Origin: Desulfurococcales archaeon
GTDB taxonomy: Archaea > Thermoproteota > Thermoprotei_A > CAZTBM01 > SZUA-1508
NCBI GenBank assembly: GCA_015661855.1
Contig: DQVH01000134.1
Coordinates: 9,028 to 33,027, forward strand
Reading direction: 5' to 3'
DNA length: 24,000 bases
Part shown: positions 6,527 to 14,611 of the stretch, piece by piece
How the letters are laid out: every line of letters starts with the position of its first letter
Position numbering within the stretch: the first letter of the stretch is position 1
Notes under the pieces: model-generated
What the model saw: only the letters and a program-made list of their open reading frames with translations
Databases searched by the model: none
What the model was told of the DNA's origin: nothing
Translations under genes and position numbers: made by a program

Positions 6527-7906
6527 ATGGAGCCTTTAGATTTGAAAATAGTTAATGCTAAGATATTTTATGAGGGAGATATTGTTGAGGGAGGTCTAGG
6601 TATTAAAGATGGTATTATTACCGTTATTTCTAAGGAGCCTCACTTACCAGTAGCTGATGAGGTGATTGATGCTAGAGGATTACTTATATTACCTGGAGTA
6701 ATTGATGCTCATGCACATATACACGACCCTAACTATACTCATAGAGAGGACTTCCTCAGCGGTAGTCTTGCAGCACTTTATGGTGGTGTAACATTCTTTA
6801 TAGACATGCCGTTAATAACGTATGTTGATACAGTTGATAAGGTTAGGGAGAGATTAAGTCTTGGTGAGAAATTCTCACATATAGATTTTAGTATTCACGC
6901 AGGTTTCATTAGGAATTATAATGTTGATAACATACCTGATATTGCAAAGCTTGGTATAAAGAGTTTTAAACTGTTTACTATAGGTGGTGATAAAGCTGAC
7001 GATGAGACGTTCATTAGAGCTTTAAAGTATTCTAGAGATTACGATCTAATAATTACAGTTCATGCTGAAGACGATGCTATAACCAGTGATAGTGTAAGAG
7101 AGATGAAGAGAACAGGTAGAGTAGATCCAAGAGCACATCACGAGTCAAGGCATCCTCTAGGTGAGAAATTGGCAGTGCTCAAATCTATAATCTACACGGA
7201 GTATACTGGTGGAAGACTACATATAGCCCATATTACAACAGAATATGCAGTTAATGCTGTAGAGGAAGCTAAGAGTAGAGGTTTAAAGGTTACCGCTGAA
7301 GTCTGTACACATCATCTAGTATTTACGTATAAGGATGCTGATAAGTGGGGGCCTTACCTGAAAATGAATCCACCACTGAGAACAGTAAGAGATAGAGAGG
7401 CTTTATGGAGAGGTTTAGCAAAAGGTGTGATCGATATAGTTGTAACTGATCATGCACCTGGAACTAAGGAGGAAAAAGAGGTTGGATGGAAAAACATCTG
7501 GGATGCATGGTATGGTGTTCCTGGACTAGAAACACTCCTACCAATAATGTTTACCTACGGGTATAAGAAGGGACTAATTAGTCTTAAAAGACTGGTCGAA
7601 GTATTATCAATAAATCCAGCTAGGATATTTGGTTTATCGTACAGGAAAGGCTCTATAAGAGTTGGTGTTGATGCAGATCTAATCGTAATAGACCCTAACT
7701 ATAGTAGAATTGTTAAAGCTGATGAACTCCACTACAAAGTTGAATGGACACCCTATGAGGGTTTAGAGCTTTACGGCTGGCCTAAAATAGTCATATTAAG
7801 AGGGGTAGTAGCTTTAAGAGATGGAGAGCTATATGTAAAGCCAGGTTACGGTAAATTCATACCGGCAGTAAACAATTTAACAAAACACATTTTAAGTAAG
7901 ACCTAA
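6527..7906 (+). CDS. Cyclic amidohydrolase (dihydroorotase / allantoinase / hydantoinase family)
   Basis: ORF track. Motifs seen: PGVIDAHAHIHDP (HxH), IKSFKLF (candidate carbamylated Lys), ITVHAED, LHIAHITT, VVTDHAP. An SD-like GGTGG lies 7 nt upstream of the ATG. The subfamily is not resolvable by eye. Confidence 0.8.
   Translation: MEPLDLKIVNAKIFYEGDIVEGGLGIKDGIITVISKEPHLPVADEVIDARGLLILPGVIDAHAHIHDPNYTHREDFLSGSLAALYGGVTFFIDMPLITYVDTVDKVRERLSLGEKFSHIDFSIHAGFIRNYNVDNIPDIAKLGIKSFKLFTIGGDKADDETFIRALKYSRDYDLIITVHAEDDAITSDSVREMKRTGRVDPRAHHESRHPLGEKLAVLKSIIYTEYTGGRLHIAHITTEYAVNAVEEAKSRGLKVTAEVCTHHLVFTYKDADKWGPYLKMNPPLRTVRDREALWRGLAKGVIDIVVTDHAPGTKEEKEVGWKNIWDAWYGVPGLETLLPIMFTYGYKKGLISLKRLVEVLSINPARIFGLSYRKGSIRVGVDADLIVIDPNYSRIVKADELHYKVEWTPYEGLELYGWPKIVILRGVVALRDGELYVKPGYGKFIPAVNNLTKHILSKT
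7889..7896 (+). promoter_or_regulatory. TATA-like element (ATTTTAAG) upstream of the 7920-7982 C/D sRNA
   Basis: It ends 23 nt before the terminal stem of the sRNA and lies inside the 3' end of the amidohydrolase CDS. Sequence and spacing only. Confidence 0.35.
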
Positions 7907-7919
7907 AGTAATATTTAAT

Positions 7920-7982
7920 GGTAGATGATGATCACGGGAGATAGGATCACTCGAAATGACTGTACCTGTCTCAGCTGATACC
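7920..7982 (+). ncRNA. Box C/D sRNA (2'-O-methylation guide RNA)
   Basis: GGUA-G-AUGAUGA (C, 7925-7931) - UCACGGGAGAUA (12 nt) - GGAU (degenerate D') - CACUCGAA - AUGACUG (degenerate C', 7956-7962) - UACCUGUCUCAG (12 nt) - CUGA (D, 7975-7978) - UACC. The 4-bp terminal stem GGUA/UACC with a 1-nt offset gives canonical K-turn geometry. It nearly fills the 96-bp convergent spacer. Both guides are complementary to neighbouring conserved 23S motifs, from memory. Confidence 0.75.
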
Positions 7983-8002
7983 TCCCTTCTAAAAACACCA
8001 TT

Positions 8003-8863
8003 TTAGAATTGATATGTTCCTATAATTATCCCTAATATAACAGTTAATGTACCAATAAAACCCTTAATATTTATTCTCTCTCCCGCTACAACCATACTTA
8101 AAATTCGCCCTAATACTGGTGTAAGTGTTGTTACAAGTACACTTATCGAGACACCTGACATACTTATTGCATATAGAAATAATGGTATACCTACACCATA
8201 ACCCGTAAATCCGGTTATTATGGCTGATAGTAAAATTCTCTTTACCCTAATACCTCTAATAAATTCTCTCCTAGTGATAGATGTTAATAGTAAAGATAGT
8301 ATTAAGACTCTTATAAAGCCGAGAGATATTGGATCTGTATAGTGTAGTGCAAGCTTATTGACAACACTCCCTATACCCCATGCAAAAACTGGTATAAGAC
8401 TTATAATACTACTTCTGAATCGAATTCCACCCCCACTATTCTCTATAAAGATCAAGTATATGCCTAGAATTGATAATAACGTACCAGCAACCAGCTTTAC
8501 TGTAAGTTTTTCTCCGAGTAGTAATGCGGCTAGTATTTGCGATATAAAGACATACGTATAGCCTACTGTAATAGCTCTTCCGGCACCAATTCTCCTTATT
8601 GAGGCGATATAAGCTATATCTCCTATACCTGGACCTATAATTGATGAAGCAATTATAAATGGTATTCCGGATGGTATAACTTTTACATTTACTTTGGAAA
8701 TTAAAATAATCATTAAGAGTATAGGTGTGGCTGTAATAGCTCTGATAGCATTAAATGCAATAGAACTTATCCCACCACTATATCTTTTAATTAATGGTGC
8801 GTTAATACTCCATAGAGTTGCCGCAATTAATGCTAGTACTACTCCCTGATACACTATATTCAT
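8003..8863 (-). CDS. EamA/DMT-family membrane transporter
   Basis: ORF track 8003..9034. I place the start at ATG 8863 (MNIVYQGVVLALIAATLWSINAPLIKR...), because the upstream 57 codons are low-complexity and overlap an A/T-rich TATA-like region. About 10 hydrophobic segments in two similar halves, typical of EamA. Confidence 0.75.
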   Translation of the reverse strand: MNIVYQGVVLALIAATLWSINAPLIKRYSGGISSIAFNAIRAITATPILLMIILISKVNVKVIPSGIPFIIASSIIGPGIGDIAYIASIRRIGAGRAITVGYTYVFISQILAALLLGEKLTVKLVAGTLLSILGIYLIFIENSGGGIRFRSSIISLIPVFAWGIGSVVNKLALHYTDPISLGFIRVLILSLLLTSITRREFIRGIRVKRILLSAIITGFTGYGVGIPLFLYAISMSGVSISVLVTTLTPVLGRILSMVVAGERINIKGFIGTLTVILGIIIGTYQF

Positions 8864-9102
8864 AATGATCAGCCTAGAGCGGTTAAAACTTATTAAAAAT
8901 ATATAAATTTTACTCAGTAATGTAGAAGTTAACAATTCTATACTACCAGCCTTTAAAGTCGTGAAGGATAAGTTTAGTATGAAAGAATGAAGCTTAAGTA
9001 CTATCTCCATGTCACCATGCTCATGAGGAAACATGTATAACTAATAAGTTGTTAATATTAACTAGGTAGTCAGCTATTAAATATGGATTACTAGGTGTCT
9101 AT

Positions 9103-10074
9103 TTGGATGTTAATCTGAGAAGGTATATACTTTGGTTTACTACCTCTTTACTCATTGTTACGGTAGTTTTATTTATTTATTCTATTATAACTGAAGCTGA
9201 TATGCTATTAGTTTTTAGTTTACACCCATTGGCATGTTCATTCATAGTCTTCCTGTATCTACTAGCGTTAGTATGTAGTGGTGTAAGATTGTATTTTCTA
9301 GCTAAAGCTGCTAATATAAGGATTAGCATTGTTAATTGTATTATCTTACGTTTTGCATCACAAGCAATATCAAATATTACACCCTCTTTTATGGGTGGTG
9401 AGGTAGTTAGAATAGTAACATTGAGATGTATAGGTGAAAATGCCAATATTTATAAAGCTTTAGCTATAGTTTTATATGAGATATTACTTGATGTTACAAT
9501 TACTAATACTATTTCACTTATTACTTCAGCTTACTTTATTTTCATACATGGACATCTACTCTTCATAATACCGTTTACAGCATCACTATATTTAATTTCA
9601 TTCTGGTTTCTTACCTTCATAATATTCCTAACAGGCCACATTAGAGGTGCTTTTGTGAGTTTTATCTCGGCATTTACTAATAGGTTTAAGCCGAATATGA
9701 GTTTAAGTTTAGAGCAGTTTATTAGGGGTGTTGGGAGTGTTATGGGAACTCTACTTTCCGTAAAGAATGTTGTTATTACTTTATTTCTAACTATACTTGC
9801 TATTCTATTTCAGGCTTTAACCATATACTTTTCTAGCTCCTTTCTAGAGCTTAATATTGGGGTTTTCTATGCACTTTTAGCATACTGTATTATGTTAGCT
9901 CTTGGTGTAGTTCCAACACCGGGAGGTGCTGGTGGAGTAGAATTTGGGGCTTACTTAATGCTTAGACCTAGTATAGTTATAGTATGGAGGATATTAACAT
10001 ATCATGTTATCACGTTTATCTCAATGATGTTTCTCATAGTTCTAATTGTGAAGTATAGTTTAAAACTCGATTAG
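9103..10074 (+). CDS. UPF0104 / flippase-like (LPG-synthase TM-type) integral membrane protein
   Basis: ORF track (TTG start; the true start is uncertain). Polytopic membrane protein. The C-proximal VVPTPGGAGGVEFG matches the conserved P-x-P-G-G-x-G-x-x-E motif of this family. Confidence 0.6.
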   Translation: MDVNLRRYILWFTTSLLIVTVVLFIYSIITEADMLLVFSLHPLACSFIVFLYLLALVCSGVRLYFLAKAANIRISIVNCIILRFASQAISNITPSFMGGEVVRIVTLRCIGENANIYKALAIVLYEILLDVTITNTISLITSAYFIFIHGHLLFIIPFTASLYLISFWFLTFIIFLTGHIRGAFVSFISAFTNRFKPNMSLSLEQFIRGVGSVMGTLLSVKNVVITLFLTILAILFQALTIYFSSSFLELNIGVFYALLAYCIMLALGVVPTPGGAGGVEFGAYLMLRPSIVIVWRILTYHVITFISMMFLIVLIVKYSLKLD

Positions 10075-10116
10075 TATTGTATTGATGCTACTTAGTTTCC
10101 TCTTATAATTCTCGTT

Positions 10117-11301
10117 TCACTCTATCCAGTCTTGTGTTTGGATTTTTGTTGGTATATATACGTCTGCTAAGAACTTTATACCCTTACTTGCTATAGCTTC
10201 AATCTCTAATTTCTTCCTCTCCTTTAGGAATATCGATATTTCTCTACGCCACTTCTCAGTTTGGAACCACTTATACTTTAGTAGCTCTTTAGCTCTCTTT
10301 ATATCGGCTGGTTTAGCGTTAATTACGTAGTTTCTTCTATCACTATCTGATAGGTAGGGTTTCTTTATCCATTTCCCTCCCTCCTTTAATCCAAAAACAT
10401 CTGTCATTGAGACCCCTAAGAATTTAGCTTTAGGTGTAGCTAGCCTTTCACTCTCATATGATAATGTTATCGATCCTATTTTGAATACGGAGTATATGTA
10501 CCATCCATAGGGGTCTGCATCTGTCAATATGTAGACTGGTAACCCCCATTCCTCATTCAATCTTCTCACGAATCTCCTCGTAGCTCTATCTGGCTGGCCA
10601 GCACTAGTTATTAGTAGTGCTCGGTGTTTCTCCCAGAATCTATACCTGTGTAGTTGCTGAAATACTGCATCCTTCTCAACAACTAATACATACTCTGCAT
10701 CAATATCTTTAATTTCTATTAAGTCAGGTGTTGGTTCTAAAGCGTATGCTCCATGGCCCATCTTTGATGCATCGATAATGTCGTTTCCAGATTTCAATAT
10801 TATTTTTCCTACAAGTTTACCCTTCTCCTTACTAAGTATTAACATGTCCTCTCTTAAGAGTCCAGTATAAACCTCTATATCTCTTATAACTGCATCTGAC
10901 TCTTTCTGTTCATCCCATGTATTTTCCTCTCTCTTTTTACCATCTAAATCATAGTATACTATTGTATGTTTACCTCTATAATATAGATCTCTTATTGTTG
11001 GATACTCATTGTTTATTAATGCTTCGTATATTATCTTCGCCATTAGCATTGTTTGCATAAACTTTTTGGCTTCATGTACATCTAGGAATCTACGTTTAAT
11101 CTTTTCAGGACCTAGTAATAGTAGACCACGTTCTACATCGAATATAGTATTTGATAGTGTCCTTTTAGGTAGTACTAGTGTTGGGTTTTCCCCCGCCTTA
11201 ATTTGATCTATTATTTCAAGGAATTTTTGGTGTAGTATCTGGGCTGCTTTAAGTCTTTGAGTATAATCTATATCTATAGGGTTTTCCTTCTGCTTACTCA
11301 T
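10117..11301 (-). CDS. top6A: DNA topoisomerase VI subunit A (Spo11 homologue)
   Basis: ORF track. Motifs seen: TIRDLYYRGKH (catalytic Tyr region) and a Toprim domain with VVEKDAVF and LTDADPYGWYIY (DxD). It lies 12 nt downstream of top6B, with an SD-like GGGTG. Confidence 0.95.
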   Translation of the reverse strand: MSKQKENPIDIDYTQRLKAAQILHQKFLEIIDQIKAGENPTLVLPKRTLSNTIFDVERGLLLLGPEKIKRRFLDVHEAKKFMQTMLMAKIIYEALINNEYPTIRDLYYRGKHTIVYYDLDGKKREENTWDEQKESDAVIRDIEVYTGLLREDMLILSKEKGKLVGKIILKSGNDIIDASKMGHGAYALEPTPDLIEIKDIDAEYVLVVEKDAVFQQLHRYRFWEKHRALLITSAGQPDRATRRFVRRLNEEWGLPVYILTDADPYGWYIYSVFKIGSITLSYESERLATPKAKFLGVSMTDVFGLKEGGKWIKKPYLSDSDRRNYVINAKPADIKRAKELLKYKWFQTEKWRREISIFLKERKKLEIEAIASKGIKFLADVYIPTKIQTQDWIE

Positions 11302-11313
11302 CGTATTACACCC

Positions 11314-12906
11314 TTACGTACTTATTTTAACCTTTATTTTTGATAAGTCAAATTTACCTTTAAGACCTAGTTTTTCAAGTTTAACTTCTAGTATTTTATA
11401 GAGCATTTTAGCTATTTGTTCAGGTGAAAGACCGTTATGTTCTCCTGTTGGAGGTCTACTGATTACTGCTAGGCTTTCTGAGACTTCGGGTATATATTTT
11501 GCTAGTGCAACTATCTTTTTCTTTGCCTCTAGCTCCCTCATTTTCTTTGAGATGTAGGTTTTTAGTTTTCTTGCAGCCTCTCTTATAGCGTTTTTTAGCT
11601 CTCTTTCCACTTCAGGTACTTCTGCAACACTCTCCTTACCAACACCCTTGTATGGTACTTTAGTACTACATATATGTGTTAGAATCGCTAGTGGTGCTGG
11701 AAATGTAACTCCGTAGTTTCTCCAATCTATCTCTTCAGTTACAACCTTCCATGCAACATCAGCTTTCTCATCGTATAATAGTGGTATCTTATTTGCAAAC
11801 CTGTATAGGTATGGTGTTTCAGCAGGTGGTATTTGCCCTCCATAGGCTATTCCAACTTCAACTATAAATGGGTGTCCACTATATGCTGATGGCTTACGTG
11901 TTACTGCTACAACAAATTCTGGTTTTAGTATCTGTTTTAACCCTGCTTCAATTATTTCTTCACCTAGTGGTGATAGGGAAGTTCCTCTTGGACTCTTAAA
12001 TCCATTAAACTCCTTTAGCTTCATTGCTAGATATTTTAGATCGTCTATTGAGAGTTCTGACGGCTTAATGTTAGGGTCTAGTTTCGCAAATTCTAGAAAT
12101 TCTTTAGCAGCTTTCTCACCTACACTTTGGAATGCTTTAATTAGGAATTCTAGTAGGGTATTTGCTTCAATATTTGAAATAAGTGTTTTTAATAGCTCTA
12201 TATCAACACCATGTGGATGAGGTTTAGTCTCTTTAGGTGGCGGTGGAAGTTTACGTATTACACGAGGGTAATGGTGGACATTACCATCAGGATCCTTAAA
12301 GTAGATATTCGCATATGGTGCAACCATAGCTGTACGCTTTATGTACTCTATGATTCTCGATTTAGCTCTACCCCAATCACCTTCAACTACAACTGAGACT
12401 AGTGTACCATGTCTTCTCCTTTTGAGCTTTCTAACTTTTCTCTCTAAGACTATTGGCTGGTTCTTTTCAATATCAATTAGTATTTTGAATGAATATTTAT
12501 ACTTAGACCTATAGGGTACTGTTTCAACAATTACAGGTTTACCTGTTGTTATTTGACCATAGAGTATTGCCATTTTAACTCCTAAACCAAACATTCCCCT
12601 CGTCTGTTTTAGAACATATTTTGATCCATAAAGTACCTGTCCAAATGCTTGTGGAACATGTTCTGGTGGGATACCTATACCGTTATCTGCTACCGTAACT
12701 CTATAGTGTGGTGCTTCATTACTCTCTCTTGATATTTCTACTTGAATGGTTGGCAATATGCCATAGCAATCTGTAGCGTCAAGTGCATTCTCTACAAGTT
12801 CTCTAACAGTTTGATATAGTGCTCTTGCGGGATTCGAGAAGCCTGCTATCTCCCTATTTCTATAGAAGAACTCTGCTGGACTAAGACTTTTAAACTTCTC
12901 TGGCAT
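11314..12906 (-). CDS. top6B: DNA topoisomerase VI subunit B (GHKL ATPase)
   Basis: ORF track 11314..12930 (GTG). I prefer ATG 12906 (MPEKFKSLSPAEFFYRN...), which matches the N-terminus I recall for Sulfolobus Top6B. Bergerat-fold boxes seen: VRELVENALDA, VADNGIGIP, GMFGLGVK. Confidence 0.95.
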   Translation of the reverse strand: MPEKFKSLSPAEFFYRNREIAGFSNPARALYQTVRELVENALDATDCYGILPTIQVEISRESNEAPHYRVTVADNGIGIPPEHVPQAFGQVLYGSKYVLKQTRGMFGLGVKMAILYGQITTGKPVIVETVPYRSKYKYSFKILIDIEKNQPIVLERKVRKLKRRRHGTLVSVVVEGDWGRAKSRIIEYIKRTAMVAPYANIYFKDPDGNVHHYPRVIRKLPPPPKETKPHPHGVDIELLKTLISNIEANTLLEFLIKAFQSVGEKAAKEFLEFAKLDPNIKPSELSIDDLKYLAMKLKEFNGFKSPRGTSLSPLGEEIIEAGLKQILKPEFVVAVTRKPSAYSGHPFIVEVGIAYGGQIPPAETPYLYRFANKIPLLYDEKADVAWKVVTEEIDWRNYGVTFPAPLAILTHICSTKVPYKGVGKESVAEVPEVERELKNAIREAARKLKTYISKKMRELEAKKKIVALAKYIPEVSESLAVISRPPTGEHNGLSPEQIAKMLYKILEVKLEKLGLKGKFDLSKIKVKIST

Positions 12907-13057
12907 ACCATTATTACCCCCATGGATCACTCTTCCTCTATGTCAGGTTAGTAGTTAGCACTCTAACACTTTATTAGATTTGGGGTGTTATATGCTGGAG
13001 AGTACACAACTGTATATTTAAGGTGAATTTAAAGATGTTACTGTACTCCGTACTAGG

Positions 13058-14002
13058 TTAGCCTTTATGTAGTAGTTTCTTTATAGCTGCATATAGTAGT
13101 GGTAGTATTAGTGTTGCATCACCATATACTACCGTTTTTCTCGCACTAGGTTTAATCTTGCCCCATGAGATAGCTTCGTGAGGTCTAGCCCCACTTAGAC
13201 TCCCATCATACTCTATAGCTGTAGTTATATAAACTACATAGTCTAGTCCACCCTTAAACTGATTCCACCATATTGTATGATGTTTACTTATACCCCCACC
13301 TATTATTAGAGCACTAGTCTCCTTTGCCGAAAATACTATATCAGCTAGCTCTTTCTCATCCCTAAATAGGTCTAACTTAAACTTTTTAAACTGTGAGTAC
13401 ATGAACAATTGTGTTCCGAAAGCGCCATCCACTATTCCAGGTACATATATGGGGACATTCCTTTCATAAGCTACTCTGAGTATAGAGTTTTTATCGTTAA
13501 TGTACTTTCCGAAAGCGTAAAGTAGCTCTCTAACACCCCACTCGGTTTTACCTGTTTCTTCAAGAATTTTATCTAGTATTTCCCGAGTCTTCCTTTCAAT
13601 TAGGGGTCCATAGTCATCAATTTTAATGAATATATTGCCTAGTCTATGATATCCTTGTTTATATAGCTCATAGTCGTTTACCTCAAAGTATCCTTTTAAG
13701 TATGCTCCTCCAAAACTCCGTGCTATATCGTGATCTATAGCCCCACATGTAGTTATAATAATGTCGACGAATCCCTCCCTTACCATTTGCGCTATAAGCC
13801 CTCTAATACCGGTAGCTATAATGTTCCCTGTGAACGATAGAAACTTTACTGCACCCCTCCTATAGGCGTTAACTAGTATTTCTGCAGCCTCAATTATACT
13901 TGCAGGTGTAAATCCGTGAGATACAGATAGTAGTTCAATAAATTCACCTAACGACATATTGGGGTCTACATTAATATCTTTAATTCGGTTACGCTCCATC
14001 AA
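13058..14002 (-). CDS. dys: Deoxyhypusine synthase
   Basis: ORF track. Motifs seen: IIGGGISKHH, GSLSGARPHEAISWGKI (catalytic Lys motif EA.SWGK) and TTCGAIDHD. Confidence 0.9.
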   Translation of the reverse strand: MMERNRIKDINVDPNMSLGEFIELLSVSHGFTPASIIEAAEILVNAYRRGAVKFLSFTGNIIATGIRGLIAQMVREGFVDIIITTCGAIDHDIARSFGGAYLKGYFEVNDYELYKQGYHRLGNIFIKIDDYGPLIERKTREILDKILEETGKTEWGVRELLYAFGKYINDKNSILRVAYERNVPIYVPGIVDGAFGTQLFMYSQFKKFKLDLFRDEKELADIVFSAKETSALIIGGGISKHHTIWWNQFKGGLDYVVYITTAIEYDGSLSGARPHEAISWGKIKPSARKTVVYGDATLILPLLYAAIKKLLHKG

Positions 14003-14046
14003 TACAACCTCGAATCACTCTCATACAGCACTACCCTCTACTGCAC

Positions 14047-14054
14047 TTTATAAA
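14047..14054 (+). promoter_or_regulatory. TATA box (TTTATAAA) upstream of the pilin-like gene
   Basis: A consensus-like archaeal TATA octamer ending 29 nt upstream of ATG 14084, which implies a very short leader. Confidence 0.45.
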
Positions 14055-14083
14055 CTCTAAGATAGTGTGGAGGCCGAGATAAT

Positions 14084-14545
14084 ATGGTGAGTGTATGGGC
14101 GAAGAGAGCTGAAATATCAACACCAATAATAGCTATACTCGTAACTGTAGCTGCACTAGCTGTAACGGGTATAGCTGTAGCGTGGATGGTTAAAGTTGGA
14201 ACTTCAGCAGCAAAGCAGGGTGTATTATCAATTACGGGTACTGCAATACTAACTTACGACCCTAACGATGGCTCATACCATTTAACATTTACCATAAGGA
14301 ATATTGGTAATCAACCTGCAAAACTACTCGCTGTACAAATAGCGTCTAGTCCGCCAATAAAACTAAATTCAACAAATACCTCTGTTGATGGCGAATCATC
14401 ACTAATAATACCTACAGACTCAAGTTCACACATAGTACACATAGTAGTCCCGGAAACATCAATACCTACACCATCAAGTGAGGTAGTACAGGTAATACTA
14501 CATACAGATCAAGGCTCAATAACCTTCTCAGCATACTACGGATAA
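14084..14545 (+). CDS. Archaeal type IV pilin-like protein with a class III signal peptide
   Basis: ORF track. The N-terminus MVSVWAKRAEISTPIIAILVTVAALAVTGIAVAW has a short basic n-region followed by (I/V)S(T)P(I/V)IA plus a long hydrophobic helix, as in the archaeal pilin N-terminal domain. It is followed by a beta-rich, Ser/Thr/Pro-rich domain with NST/NTS sequons. It sits directly upstream of a pilus ATPase and platform gene. Confidence 0.75.
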   Translation: MVSVWAKRAEISTPIIAILVTVAALAVTGIAVAWMVKVGTSAAKQGVLSITGTAILTYDPNDGSYHLTFTIRNIGNQPAKLLAVQIASSPPIKLNSTNTSVDGESSLIIPTDSSSHIVHIVVPETSIPTPSSEVVQVILHTDQGSITFSAYYG

Positions 14546-14611
14546 GCATAATGAGTCTACATTAAACCATAAAACTCCTTCTTTACCATAACTAACGTTG
14601 AAGGTGATAAA

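Noticed and set aside
8864-9034. 57-codon N-terminal extension of the EamA transporter ORF as drawn in the track
   Set aside because: The extension is hydrophobic and low-complexity, and it overlaps the A/T-rich TATA-like region (8891-8908). The internal ATG at 8863 starts directly with the first TM helix, as in other EamA proteins.
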